From the NCBI GenBank assembly GCA_021773215.1, contig JAJFKM010000041.1, forward strand, positions 1,099 to 65,098: a stretch of DNA of 64,000 bases, read 5' to 3'. A program made the translations under genes and the position numbers. The notes beneath the pieces are model-generated. The model was not told the DNA's origin, made no database searches, and was given only the letters and a program-made list of their open reading frames with translations. The stretch comes from Gammaproteobacteria bacterium. GTDB lineage: Bacteria; Pseudomonadota; Gammaproteobacteria; Eutrophobiales; Eutrophobiaceae. Of this stretch, positions 18,862 to 30,417 are shown piece by piece (within the stretch, counting starts at the first letter, position 1; every line of letters begins with the position of its first letter).

Positions 18862-20787
18862 ATGCCCACGATTACGCTACCCGATAATAGTCAGCGCGAA
18901 TATGAAGAAGCGCTTACCGTCATGCAAATTTCTGAGTCCATCGGACCTGGTCTAGCCAAGGCAACCCTAGGTGGTATGGTTGATGATCAAATCGTCGATG
19001 CTTCTTATCTCATAGAAAAAGACAGCAATTTAAGAATAATTACTGAACGAGATCCTGAAGGTTTAGAGATTATCAGACATTCCTGCGCTCATTTAATGGC
19101 GCAAGCTGTCAAAACACTTTATCCCGAAGCACAAGTTACTATTGGCCCCGTGATTGAAGACGGTTTTTTTTATGATTACGCCTACGAACCAGGCTTCACT
19201 CCGGAAGATTTGGTCAAAATAGAAAAAAAGATGCAGGAATTGTCCAAAGCCAACTTAGAGGTTACACGATCAGTCAAAACCAGAGATGAGGCGACTGCTT
19301 TTTTCCGTGGCATGGGAGAAGAATATAAGGCTCAAATTATTGAATCAATTCCGAGTAATGAAGAACTCTCATTGTATACCCAAGGTGATTTCACGGATTT
19401 GTGCCGTGGACCACATGTACCTAGTACGGGAAAAATAAAATCCTTTAAGTTGATGAAGCTGGCAGGTGCCTATTGGCGTGGGGATTCTAATAATGAAATG
19501 CTGCAGCGAATTTATGGTACTGCCTGGCAGGATAAAAAGGCGCTTAAGGCCTATCTAAATCGACTTGCTGAGGCAGAGAAACGTGATCACCGTAAATTGG
19601 CCAAGAAACAGGATTTGTTTCATTTTCAGGAAGAAGCACCAGGAATGGTTTTTTGGCATCCTAAGGGCTGGGCCATCTATAAAACTATCGAGCGCTATAT
19701 CAGTGCAAAAATGCAAATGCATGGCTATCAAGAGATCAATACGCCGCAGGTAGTTGATCAGAGTTTGTGGGAACGTTCCGGACATTGGGACAAGTTCAGA
19801 GATGATATGTTTACGACAAGTTCAGAGAATCGTGACTATGCGATAAAACCAATGAACTGTCCCTGCCATATTCAGGTATTTAATCAAGGTTTAAAGAGCT
19901 ATCGTGATTTGCCGTTGCGATTGGCTGAATTTGGATCATGTCATCGCAATGAAGCATCTGGAACCTTACATGGTTTAATGCGTGCGCGAAATTTTACACA
20001 AGATGATGCCCATATTTTTTGTACGGAAGAGCAGATTCAATCTGAAGTATCAATGTTTATCGATATGCTGTTTGAAGTCTACCGGGACTTTGGGTTTGAT
20101 GATGTCATTATTAAATTGTCAACGCGTCCAGAAAAACGCGTGGGGAATGATGAAGTCTGGGACAAGTCCGAAAAAGCACTAGAACTAGCCTTAAATAACA
20201 AAGATATAGAGTGGGAGTTGCAGCCAGGTGAGGGTGCGTTTTACGGGCCAAAGATTGAGTTCTCACTGAAGGATTGTATTGGGCGTGTATGGCAATGTGG
20301 AACGATTCAAGTCGACTTTTCGATGCCGGAGCGGCTTGATGCCTCCTATGTCAATGAAGACAGTACCAAACAAGTACCGGTAATGCTTCATCGCGCCATT
20401 GTGGGCTCGATGGAACGGTTTATTGGCATTTTGATTGAGAACTATGCAGGCGCTTTTCCTGTTTGGTTGGCGCCAATTCAAGCTGTTGTGATATCAATTA
20501 CGGAAAAACAAAGCGAATATGCAAAAAAAGTAGCAGAAATCTTGAAAAACCAGAGCTTTAGGGTCGAAGTTGACTTGAGAAATGAGACGATCGGGCTTAA
20601 AATCCGCGACCACGCAATGCAACGTGTTCCCTACCAAATTATTCTGGGTGCGCGTGAACAGGATGAAAATACTGTCGCAGTGCGAACTCGTGACGGTGAA
20701 GATCTTGGAGCAATGTCTCTTGAGAACCTCAGCGAACGACTAAACGGCGATATTGCGCGTCTTGGCCGCAATAATTTGGAGGAATAA
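18862..20787 (+). CDS. thrS: Threonyl-tRNA synthetase
   Basis: TGS domain, HSCAH, DLCRGPH, KPMNCP, GAFYGPK. Confidence 0.99.
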   Translation: MPTITLPDNSQREYEEALTVMQISESIGPGLAKATLGGMVDDQIVDASYLIEKDSNLRIITERDPEGLEIIRHSCAHLMAQAVKTLYPEAQVTIGPVIEDGFFYDYAYEPGFTPEDLVKIEKKMQELSKANLEVTRSVKTRDEATAFFRGMGEEYKAQIIESIPSNEELSLYTQGDFTDLCRGPHVPSTGKIKSFKLMKLAGAYWRGDSNNEMLQRIYGTAWQDKKALKAYLNRLAEAEKRDHRKLAKKQDLFHFQEEAPGMVFWHPKGWAIYKTIERYISAKMQMHGYQEINTPQVVDQSLWERSGHWDKFRDDMFTTSSENRDYAIKPMNCPCHIQVFNQGLKSYRDLPLRLAEFGSCHRNEASGTLHGLMRARNFTQDDAHIFCTEEQIQSEVSMFIDMLFEVYRDFGFDDVIIKLSTRPEKRVGNDEVWDKSEKALELALNNKDIEWELQPGEGAFYGPKIEFSLKDCIGRVWQCGTIQVDFSMPERLDASYVNEDSTKQVPVMLHRAIVGSMERFIGILIENYAGAFPVWLAPIQAVVISITEKQSEYAKKVAEILKNQSFRVEVDLRNETIGLKIRDHAMQRVPYQIILGAREQDENTVAVRTRDGEDLGAMSLENLSERLNGDIARLGRNNLEE

Positions 20788-20790
20788 TTT

Positions 20791-21306
20791 ATCAGCGCAG
20801 ACAAGAAGACACGCCTCAATGAAGACATAACTTCGCCAGAGGTGAGGTTAATCAATGCAGAGGGCGAACAAGTAGGTATCGTGTCAATTAGTGAAGCAAA
20901 ACAAATCGCTGAAGACTCCGAGTTAGATCTGGTTGAAATTGTTCCCAATTCAGAGCCGCCTGTATGTCGGGTCATGGATTACGGAAAATTCGTATTCGAG
21001 CAGAATAAGAAACAGCACGCTGCTAAAAAGAAGCAAAAGCAGATACATATTAAGGAAGTTAAGTTTAGGCCTGGCACTGAAGACGGTGATTACCAAATAA
21101 AGTTAAAGAATTTAATTAAATTTTTGAGCAACGGTGATAAGGCAAAGATTACACTCCGATTTCGTGGTAGAGAAATGGTACACCAGGAATTAGGAACGAA
21201 GATGTTAAAGAGAATAGAGGCCGATCTGGAAGAATACGGAACCGTTGAGCAGTTTCCAAAGATGGAAGGTCGACAAATGGTCATGGTTTTGGCCTCAAAG
21301 AAATAA
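20791..21306 (+). CDS. infC: Translation initiation factor IF-3, non-canonical ATC start
   Basis: IF3 motifs ([23 protein letters not shown]). In-frame ATC lies 7 nt after GGAGGA, with no in-frame ATG before the conserved RLNE. Confidence 0.95.
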   Translation: MSADKKTRLNEDITSPEVRLINAEGEQVGIVSISEAKQIAEDSELDLVEIVPNSEPPVCRVMDYGKFVFEQNKKQHAAKKKQKQIHIKEVKFRPGTEDGDYQIKLKNLIKFLSNGDKAKITLRFRGREMVHQELGTKMLKRIEADLEEYGTVEQFPKMEGRQMVMVLASKK

Positions 21307-21336
21307 ATTGAAGTAATATTGAGTGGAGTTATTGAA

Positions 21337-21534
21337 ATGCCCAAGATGAAATCAAACAGCGGTGCTGCAAAGCGATTTTCACGTACTGCTTCGGGAAAGT
21401 TTAAACATGGTCAGTCACATCGTAGCCATATTTTGACTAAAAAGAGCACTAAACGTAAACGTCAGTTGCGTGGAATGCTTGCAGTTCATGATAGTGACCA
21501 GAAGGCAGTTGCCCGAATGGTTCCGTATTTATAG
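21337..21534 (+). CDS. rpmI: 50S ribosomal protein L35
   Basis: MPKMKS…AAKRF…HILTKKS. Confidence 0.97.
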   Translation: MPKMKSNSGAAKRFSRTASGKFKHGQSHRSHILTKKSTKRKRQLRGMLAVHDSDQKAVARMVPYL

Positions 21535-21549
21535 AGAGGAATTGAAGCA

Positions 21550-21909
21550 ATGCCCAGAGTAAAACGTGGTGTTACCGCACACGCCAGACACAAAAAGATA
21601 ATTGATCAAGCCAAAGGTTACAGTGGTCGACGTAAGAATATATTTCGCGTTGCCAAACAGGCGGTCACTAAAGCAGGTCAATATGCTTACAGAGATAGAC
21701 GTCAACGCAAGAGACAGTTTCGTTCGCTTTGGATTACGCGAATCAATGCTGCTGCTCGAATTCATGGGCTTTCTTATAGTCGCTTCATAGATGGGTTGAA
21801 CAAGGCATCGGTTGAGGTTGACCGTAAAGTATTAGCTGACATTGCAGTATTTGATAAGGTTGCTTTTGGCGTATTAGCTGAGCAGGCCAAGGCCAGCCTT
21901 ACCCATTAA
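21550..21909 (+). CDS. rplT: 50S ribosomal protein L20
   Basis: MPRVKRG…[23 protein letters not shown]. Confidence 0.99.
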   Translation: MPRVKRGVTAHARHKKIIDQAKGYSGRRKNIFRVAKQAVTKAGQYAYRDRRQRKRQFRSLWITRINAAARIHGLSYSRFIDGLNKASVEVDRKVLADIAVFDKVAFGVLAEQAKASLTH

Positions 21910-21927
21910 TCTTTTTTATAATGATTT

Positions 21928-21959
21928 AAAAAAGGGAAAGGCTTACCTTTCCCTTTTTT
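21928..21959 (+). terminator. Hairpin/terminator between rplT and pheS
   Basis: AAAAAAGGGAAAGG-CTTA-CCTTTCCCTTTTTT. Confidence 0.7.
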
Positions 21960-21969
21960 GTTTATATAG

Positions 21970-22959
<990 letters not shown>

Positions 22960-22975
22960 TTAGGGTGTATGAGAT

Positions 22976-25348
22976 ATGAAATTCAGTGAAAAATGGTTAA
23001 GGGAGTTTGTGAACCCTGATGTAGATACCGAAACACTTATGCATCAATTAACCATGGCCGGTCTTGAGGTCGATGGTATTGAATCAGCATGCCCCGATTT
23101 TGACGGTTTGGTTATAGCAGAAGTTAAAACAGTATCGAAACATCCTGGTGCAGATAAGCTCCAGATTTGCGAAGTCGATTGTGGTGATAAAGATTTATTA
23201 ACGATTGTTTGTGGTGCCGCTAATGTCAGGCAAGGAATGCGGACAGTTTTGGCCAAGGTTGGTGCGAGTCTGCCTGGTGTAGATGAATTGAAAGCAGTCT
23301 CTCTTAAGGGGGTGACATCATCTGGAATGCTTTGCTCTGCCAAAGAAATCGGTCTGACGGATGATCATGATGGGATCATGGATTTATCTGCAAATGAAAC
23401 CATAGGGATGCATCTAAGCCAAGCTATTGAAAGTAATGATAATATCATTGAAATATCGTTGACACCTAACCGTGGCGATTGTCTTAGTATTACAGGGGTT
23501 GCCCGAGAAGTAGCTGTATTTAATCAAATCGATTTTAGTGTTCCTGAAGTTCAAATAAACGATATCAACGCCTCAACCAGCCGGAGTGTAAAACTATCTG
23601 CTGTCAAAGCATGCCCAAAATATCTCGGTAGAGTCATAGAAAATGTTGATACAGCGGTTAAATCACCGCTTTGGCTATCTGAGAAGCTAAGACGTTCGGG
23701 TATTAGAAGCATTAATATCGTCGTGGATATCACTAATTTTGTCATGCTTGAATGTGGCCAGCCGATGCATGCATTTGATAATGACGTTTTACAGGGTGAA
23801 ATCGAAGTCAGACTGTCTAAAAGCGGCGAAAAGATAAAACTACTTGATGAATCTGAAATTGAGCTGAAATCGGACACATTACTTATAACGGACGAATCCG
23901 GCCCATTAGCAATGGCGGGTGTAATGGGTGGTTTTGAGAGTGCGGTAACGACAAGTTCGCAAAACATCTTTGTGGAAAGCGCCTTTTTCAATCCAAAGCA
24001 TATTAGTGGAGAAGCACGTCAATATGGTTTGCATACGGATTCGTCTCATCGATTCGAGCGCGGAGTAGATCCTGAGCTTCAATCTAAAGCAATAGAGCGC
24101 GCTACAGAATTGGTCATCGAATTATGTGGCGGTCAAGCAGGACCTGTCGTTGAAGCATTGAGTGATGATGAATTGCCTAAAAATACCGAAGTAATTCTTC
24201 GAAAGTCCCAGATCAAACGCATACTCGGTATTGAGCTAGATGATCAATTCGTAACAGATACATTTACTAACTTAGAAATGCAATGTAAATATCTTAATAA
24301 TCAATGGAGTACAGTTGCTCCTTCACATCGTTTCGATATAAATATTGAAGTTGATCTTATAGAAGAGCTTGCACGTATTTACAGCTATGACGCCATTCCC
24401 GTTTCTGCACCCAGCAGCAAATTGAAAATGCGTGTGCCAAATAAGAGCTATGAGACTATTAAGCGCATAAGAGAAGTCCTCGTAAACCGTGAATACCATG
24501 AGGTGATTACCTATAGTTTTATTGCCCCAAAGCTTAATAACTTATTGAGTCATAAGAATAATTTGCTACTTTCTAATCCTATAGCACCAGAACTCTCTGA
24601 AATGAGAACTAGCCTGTTACCGGGTTTACTGAGTACATTGGAATACAATATTAAGCGTCAACAAGAAAGAATCCGTATTTTTGAGACAGGCCTGGTTTTT
24701 AATAACAAAGAAGATCTTAAACAAGAATCTTATATTGCTGGTTTAATAAATGGAAATATAGATGATAAACAATGGGATAAAGAAAATATCTCGTGTGATT
24801 TCTATGATTTAAAATGTGATATTGAGTCATTTTTATATTCATTGATCGACGCACGCGAAATAGAGATGAAGCCTAACACTTCAAATATATTACATCCTGG
24901 GCAAGCAGTTGATGTGTATGTTAAAGGAATAAATGTGGGTTGTTTTGGACAATTACATCCTAAAATATGTGCAGATTTGGATCTCCCTGATAATGTCTAT
25001 CTATTTGAATTCAGTATAAAAAATATATTAAAACAGGAAAAAACACGCTATAAGCCAATTTCCAAATATCCGTCCATAAAGAGAGATATTTCAATCGTAA
25101 TAGATGAAAAAACACTGCTTGGAGATGTTCTGAAATGTGCCCAAAATGATGGATCTGAGCTATTAACTAACCTAGAGCTATTTGACGTGTATCAAGCCGA
25201 AGGTATTGAAAAAGGGAAAAAAAGTCTTGCTTTAGGCTTGACCTTTCAAGCAACTTCTAGCACTCTTAAGGATGAAGAGGTTGAGGCCATTATGGATAAG
25301 GTGTTAGATGGTCTAAATAATAATTTCGGTGCAAAACTGAGAGAATAA
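22976..25348 (+). CDS. pheT: Phenylalanyl-tRNA synthetase beta subunit
   Basis: [31 protein letters not shown]. Confidence 0.99.
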   Translation: MKFSEKWLREFVNPDVDTETLMHQLTMAGLEVDGIESACPDFDGLVIAEVKTVSKHPGADKLQICEVDCGDKDLLTIVCGAANVRQGMRTVLAKVGASLPGVDELKAVSLKGVTSSGMLCSAKEIGLTDDHDGIMDLSANETIGMHLSQAIESNDNIIEISLTPNRGDCLSITGVAREVAVFNQIDFSVPEVQINDINASTSRSVKLSAVKACPKYLGRVIENVDTAVKSPLWLSEKLRRSGIRSINIVVDITNFVMLECGQPMHAFDNDVLQGEIEVRLSKSGEKIKLLDESEIELKSDTLLITDESGPLAMAGVMGGFESAVTTSSQNIFVESAFFNPKHISGEARQYGLHTDSSHRFERGVDPELQSKAIERATELVIELCGGQAGPVVEALSDDELPKNTEVILRKSQIKRILGIELDDQFVTDTFTNLEMQCKYLNNQWSTVAPSHRFDINIEVDLIEELARIYSYDAIPVSAPSSKLKMRVPNKSYETIKRIREVLVNREYHEVITYSFIAPKLNNLLSHKNNLLLSNPIAPELSEMRTSLLPGLLSTLEYNIKRQQERIRIFETGLVFNNKEDLKQESYIAGLINGNIDDKQWDKENISCDFYDLKCDIESFLYSLIDAREIEMKPNTSNILHPGQAVDVYVKGINVGCFGQLHPKICADLDLPDNVYLFEFSIKNILKQEKTRYKPISKYPSIKRDISIVIDEKTLLGDVLKCAQNDGSELLTNLELFDVYQAEGIEKGKKSLALGLTFQATSSTLKDEEVEAIMDKVLDGLNNNFGAKLRE

Positions 25349-25350
25349 AT

Positions 25351-25659
25351 ATGGCAGCACTGACAAAAGCTGAAATGGCGGAAAAATTATACGAAGAACT
25401 TGGCTTGAATAAACGAGAAGCTAAGGAAATTGTAGAAATGTTCTTTGAAGAAATACGTTCCGCTCTAGAGTCAGGGAGTCAAGTTAAACTTTCCGGTTTT
25501 GGAAATTTTGATTTGAGAGATAAGAATCAACGACCAGGACGAAACCCGAAGACGGGTGAAGAAATTCCTATTAGCGCTCGGCGCGTAGTGACATTTCGTC
25601 CTGGCCAAAAACTAAAGGCACGAGTAGAAGCATATGCTGGAAGCGTCCAACAACAGTGA
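25351..25659 (+). CDS. ihfA: Integration host factor alpha
   Basis: ALTKAEMAE…VKLSGFGNF…GRNPKTGE. Confidence 0.98.
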   Translation: MAALTKAEMAEKLYEELGLNKREAKEIVEMFFEEIRSALESGSQVKLSGFGNFDLRDKNQRPGRNPKTGEEIPISARRVVTFRPGQKLKARVEAYAGSVQQQ

Positions 25660-25990
25660 ATTACCGGCAATACCCGGTAAACGTTATTTTACAATAGGCG
25701 AGGTCAGCGACCTCTGTGCTGTTAAGCCTCATGTCTTACGATATTGGGAACAAGAATTTCCATCACTTAAGCCGCTGAAGCGCCGTGGAAATCGACGATA
25801 CTATCAGAGACATGATGTCATCCTGATTAGACAAATAAGAAGTTTGCTTTATGAGCAGGGTTTTACCATTGGAGGCGCTAGGCAACGTCTTTCAGGTGAT
25901 GAAGCCAAAGATGATTCAAATCAAAGTCAGCAAATTATTAAACAGCTAAGAACTGAACTAGAAGAAGTTTTAGATCTGTTGCGACGATAA
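25634..25990 (+). CDS. MerR-family regulator (ihfA-linked)
   Basis: [27 protein letters not shown]. Confidence 0.92.
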   Translation: MLEASNNSELPAIPGKRYFTIGEVSDLCAVKPHVLRYWEQEFPSLKPLKRRGNRRYYQRHDVILIRQIRSLLYEQGFTIGGARQRLSGDEAKDDSNQSQQIIKQLRTELEEVLDLLRR

Positions 25991-26104
25991 CTTAACCATT
26001 AATCCAAATAACAAGTTATCGTCTTCCCTGTTTTTAATTCTCAACTACTGAATTCAGACAGTAGATGAAATCCTCATCTTTAGTTAATATCATTTTATTC
26101 ACAT

Positions 26105-26181
<77 letters not shown>

Positions 26182-26246
26182 AAATAAATTGTAATGTTAA
26201 CTAATAGAAAACCACCTTATCTATAAAGTATGCACATCAAAAAATC

Positions 26247-26762
26247 ATGACAAAAAATATCTTAACCCTGTTTGTTTTTCTAACTGCTCTACAAATTTCC
26301 GCATGCGGAAAAGAAACGGATCCAAAAAAGGCATTCGAAAGTGGTGATTATGAAACAGCATTCACGATTTGGGTACCTCTAGCAGAAGAAGGTGATGCCG
26401 ATGCTCAAAACTATCTGGGAATACTCTACTATTTAGGTTTTGGTGTACAAAAAGACTATAAAAAATCCCTTGAATGGTATGAACGTGCAGCAAAAGCAGG
26501 ACATGCTGATGCTCAGAGAAATTATGGTGATATGATCAATTTTGGACGTGGGATACAAAGAAGCAATCAGGAAGCGTATAAGTGGTATTTTGCGGCATCA
26601 CAACAAGGTAATAAAAAAGCGGCGCGCCAGATTGAAGTGCTTGCCGCCTCTGGTAATTTATCGCCAAACCAACAGATGCATGCGAAAATAGAGGCCAATG
26701 AATTTATACTTGATGAAGATAAACGTTTCATGAGTCATGACACGTATATCGATAAAAAATAA
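26247..26762 (+). CDS. Sel1-repeat lipoprotein
   Basis: Lipobox ISA/C; AEEGDADAQNYLGILYYLGFGV…WYERAAKAG Sel1 repeats. Confidence 0.85.
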   Translation: MTKNILTLFVFLTALQISACGKETDPKKAFESGDYETAFTIWVPLAEEGDADAQNYLGILYYLGFGVQKDYKKSLEWYERAAKAGHADAQRNYGDMINFGRGIQRSNQEAYKWYFAASQQGNKKAARQIEVLAASGNLSPNQQMHAKIEANEFILDEDKRFMSHDTYIDKK

Positions 26763-26771
26763 TTAATAACT

Positions 26772-28604
26772 ATGTGTGGAATAGTCGGTGCGGTTGCTCA
26801 ACGAGATGTATCTCCGGTTTTACTCGAAGGTTTAAAAAGGCTTGAATATCGAGGCTATGATTCAGCAGGATTAGCGATAACGGGCCATGATAAGCAATTA
26901 CAGCGAATACGTGTCCAAGGAAAAGTTAATGAGCTGCTAAAAGAGCACCAGATATCTCCTTTAAGTGGGGGAACTGGTATTGCTCATACACGGTGGGCGA
27001 CTCATGGTAAGCCAAACGTCAACAATGCACATCCGCATATATGCCGTGACCAAGTAGCACTGGTTCATAATGGAATAATTGAGAACCATGAAGAATTACG
27101 CGAGCAACAAATGGCGTCAGGGTTTGAATTTAACTCAGAAACTGATACAGAGGTCGTCGTAAATGCTGTCTATGAGGCATTACAATCCACTCCTGATATA
27201 TTAGACGCTGTTTTTAACACTACAAAACATTTGCAAGGGGCTTATGCCTTAGGTGTTATAAATAAATTTGATCCTGAAAGACTGATCGCAGCAAAAAATG
27301 GTAGTCCGTTAGTTATCGGTGTAGGTATTGGGGAGTATTTTATAGCTTCAGATGTTTTTGCCTTATTGCCTGTTACACAACAATTTATCTTCTTAGAAGA
27401 TGGCGATATCGCTGATATAACACGTGATAAGTTGACCATTTATGATGCAGAATTAAAAATTGTAGAGCGACAAATAATCGTATCTGAATTAAATGCCGAT
27501 GTCGCAGATAAGTCCGGCTATCGGCACTACATGCTTAAAGAGATCTTTTCTCAGCCAAATGCCATTGCGGAATCATTAGAAAATCGTATCAAAGATGGCC
27601 AAATAATTACTAGTGAGTTTGGACAAGATGCAGACTCAATATTTTCCCGGGTAAAGGCAGTTAAAATTGCAGCATGTGGTACCAGTTATCATGCGGGTTT
27701 AATCGCTGCTTATTGGATGGAGGAAATTGCGCAAATACCTTGTCATGTTGAAATTGCAAGTGAGTATCGATATAGAAATTCGGTTGTGTCAGACAACACC
27801 TTGTTTGTCACTATTTCGCAATCAGGTGAAACCGCAGACACACTGGCCGCATTGAAATTAGCAAAACAGTCAGGATTTTTAAGTACGCTAGCAATATGTA
27901 ATGTTGCCGAGAGTTCTTTAACGAGAGAATCTGAGCTTGTGTTTTTAACGCATGCAGGGCCAGAGATTGGTGTTGCATCTACCAAGGCATTTACCACGCA
28001 ACTTGTTGCATCGTTTCTAATGGTAATTGCTATCGCAAAACATAATAATCTTTCCGAAGCAGATGAAAACAAATATGTTAAGCAACTTGAGAGTTTGCCT
28101 GGTCGTGTAAATCAATTACTTCATCATAAAGAAGAAATTGAGATTATGGCCAATGGTTTTGCTGGTAAACACCATGCCTTGTTCCTAGGTCGTGGCAGTT
28201 TCTTACCAGTAGCTATGGAAGGAGCATTGAAGTTAAAAGAGATTTCCTATATTCATGCTGAAGCGTATGCGGCTGGAGAACTGAAACATGGTCCATTAGC
28301 TCTAGTTGATGATGATATGCCTGTTGTTGCGGTAGCACCAAATAATAATCTCCTGGAAAAACTAAAGTCAAATCTGCAAGAAGTAAAAGCGCGTGGCGGC
28401 AAGTTGTATTTGTTTGCCGATAAAGAAAGTGACGTAGAGTCTACAGAAGGCGTCTATGTTATTAATCTTAATGTTATTTATGACTTCATGGCACCTATAC
28501 TTCACACTATACCATTACAACTATTAGCCTACTATGTAGCAGTGATTAAAGGAGCGGATATTGATCAGCCAAGAAATCTTGCTAAATCTGTCACAGTTGA
28601 GTGA
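26772..28604 (+). CDS. glmS: Glutamine-fructose-6-phosphate aminotransferase
   Basis: MCGIVG, LEYRGYDSAG, HTRWATHG, SQSGETADT, PRNLAKSVTVE. Confidence 0.99.
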   Translation: MCGIVGAVAQRDVSPVLLEGLKRLEYRGYDSAGLAITGHDKQLQRIRVQGKVNELLKEHQISPLSGGTGIAHTRWATHGKPNVNNAHPHICRDQVALVHNGIIENHEELREQQMASGFEFNSETDTEVVVNAVYEALQSTPDILDAVFNTTKHLQGAYALGVINKFDPERLIAAKNGSPLVIGVGIGEYFIASDVFALLPVTQQFIFLEDGDIADITRDKLTIYDAELKIVERQIIVSELNADVADKSGYRHYMLKEIFSQPNAIAESLENRIKDGQIITSEFGQDADSIFSRVKAVKIAACGTSYHAGLIAAYWMEEIAQIPCHVEIASEYRYRNSVVSDNTLFVTISQSGETADTLAALKLAKQSGFLSTLAICNVAESSLTRESELVFLTHAGPEIGVASTKAFTTQLVASFLMVIAIAKHNNLSEADENKYVKQLESLPGRVNQLLHHKEEIEIMANGFAGKHHALFLGRGSFLPVAMEGALKLKEISYIHAEAYAAGELKHGPLALVDDDMPVVAVAPNNNLLEKLKSNLQEVKARGGKLYLFADKESDVESTEGVYVINLNVIYDFMAPILHTIPLQLLAYYVAVIKGADIDQPRNLAKSVTVE

Positions 28605-28700
28605 CAAGCTCTTACAAACAAGATGAAAACTAGTTAATATTTATCTGATTTATAATCCATAACATGCTGTTCTTTGACAATAACTGGAAGTGACATACCC

Positions 28701-30077
28701 ATGACAATTAAAAAATCAGAACCCAGCGTAAAAGTATTGATCGTCGATGATGACAATGATGTTCTTAATTTACTAGAAAATTGGCTGACAACTGAAAAAT
28801 TTGATGTCAAACGTGCCTTGTCAGGCTTAGAAGCGCTAAACTTGGTTGGCATTTATAAACCTGATTTAGTTGTCACTGATCTGTATATGGAAGGTATGGA
28901 TGGTATGGCATTATTAACAGAGCTGCACAATGATGACCCACTATTACCCGTCATTATGCTTAGTGGCCAAGCTCAAATACCAGATGCAATTAAAGCAATG
29001 CATTTAGGAACGTCAGCATTCTTAACCAAACCAATAAATCAAAATGAGTTTCTGGAGACAGTTAAAAGGGTTACTCCAAGTCTTATAAATAAATCAATCC
29101 TAGGTGAGTGTACAAAAAATATTATTTATAAAAGTAAGGAAATGTCTGACATCATTGAGATGGCTAGTCTGGTTGCAGACAATGATGTTTCAGTATTTAT
29201 TTCAGGGGCGACAGGCACAGGAAAAGAAGTCATAGCGAAGGCTATTCATGAAGCAAGCTCAAGGCGGAATCATCGGTTTATTGCTGTTAACTGTGGAGCA
29301 ATTCCGGAGCAGTTACTTGAATCTGAATTATTTGGACATGAAAAAGGGGCATTTACTGGGGCCAATGTTAAACATGAAGGCCTGTTTCAGGCAGCAAATG
29401 GCGGCACTATTTTGCTGGATGAAATCGGTGACATGCCACTTGCATTGCAGGTTAAATTGTTGCGGGTTTTGCAAGATTTTGAAGTACGTCCAGTTGGTTC
29501 AACAAAAACATATCCAATCGATGTGAGATTAATCTCTGCAACACATAAAAACCTCGAAGAAGCAGTTGAGAAGCGTGAGTTTAGAGAAGATCTTTATTAT
29601 CGATTAAAAGTTGTCCCATTGGAAATCCCTAATCTTGCAAAACGTACCGATGATATCCCTCCACTTACAGAACATTTTTTGGCTAACTACGCTAAAAACA
29701 ATAAACAGGATTATAAAAAGTTTTCTCCTGATGCAATGAAATATCTCGTAAGTATGCCGTGGCCTGGAAACGTTAGACAATTAATGAATGTGATTGATTT
29801 ATGTGCAACCCTGTCTAAAAATAAGACTATACCGTTGAGTTTAGTTAGAAAAGCAGTGCATGATGACCCAATACATATACAAACACTAAAAGAATCTAAG
29901 CAAGCGTTTGAAAGAGGCTACTTATTAAGCGTATTACGTATCACTCATGGACATGTTGCTAACGCAGCTAAAATTGCTGGCCGCAATCGTACTGAGTTTT
30001 ATAAATTATTAAATCAGTATAATATCGAGCCAGCATCGTTTCGTGATAAAAAACATACTGAAAAGGAAGTTAATTAA
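28701..30077 (+). CDS. Sigma54-dependent response regulator, GlrR/QseF-like
   Basis: REC Asp (TDLYM), GTGKE, GAFTGA, LDEIGDM; C-terminal AGRNRTEFYKLL typical of GlrR. Confidence 0.88.
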   Translation: MTIKKSEPSVKVLIVDDDNDVLNLLENWLTTEKFDVKRALSGLEALNLVGIYKPDLVVTDLYMEGMDGMALLTELHNDDPLLPVIMLSGQAQIPDAIKAMHLGTSAFLTKPINQNEFLETVKRVTPSLINKSILGECTKNIIYKSKEMSDIIEMASLVADNDVSVFISGATGTGKEVIAKAIHEASSRRNHRFIAVNCGAIPEQLLESELFGHEKGAFTGANVKHEGLFQAANGGTILLDEIGDMPLALQVKLLRVLQDFEVRPVGSTKTYPIDVRLISATHKNLEEAVEKREFREDLYYRLKVVPLEIPNLAKRTDDIPPLTEHFLANYAKNNKQDYKKFSPDAMKYLVSMPWPGNVRQLMNVIDLCATLSKNKTIPLSLVRKAVHDDPIHIQTLKESKQAFERGYLLSVLRITHGHVANAAKIAGRNRTEFYKLLNQYNIEPASFRDKKHTEKEVN

Positions 30078-30094
30078 TTAATTTGGTTTAGATT

Positions 30095-30400
30095 ATGTCG
30101 GATGAAAAAATTATAATTCAGGTGGATCCGGATCTCGAAGAGTTGATCCCGGGATTTCTGGAAAATCGAAATGCAGATATCGCAAAATTACGTTCTTTTT
30201 TGGATGATAAGGACTTTATAAATATTCAATCAATTGGCCATAGCACTAAAGGTGTCGGCGGTGGATACGGTTTTGATCTTATGTCTGAACTCGGTGCAGA
30301 GATTGAATCTGCTGCAAAAGAAAGTGATGCAGACAAAATTCGTGAAACAATTAACCAGCTTGATGATTATCTTCGACGAATAGAAATTGAATATGCCTAA
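30095..30400 (+). CDS. Stand-alone Hpt phosphotransfer protein
   Basis: GHSTKGVGGGYGF motif, 101 aa. Confidence 0.9.
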   Translation: MSDEKIIIQVDPDLEELIPGFLENRNADIAKLRSFLDDKDFINIQSIGHSTKGVGGGYGFDLMSELGAEIESAAKESDADKIRETINQLDDYLRRIEIEYA

Positions 30401-30417
30401 ATAATAAAGGTGCTATT

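Noticed and set aside
26763-26771. glmS ribozyme or GlmZ-target leader
   Set aside because: Only 9 nt separate glmS from the upstream gene.
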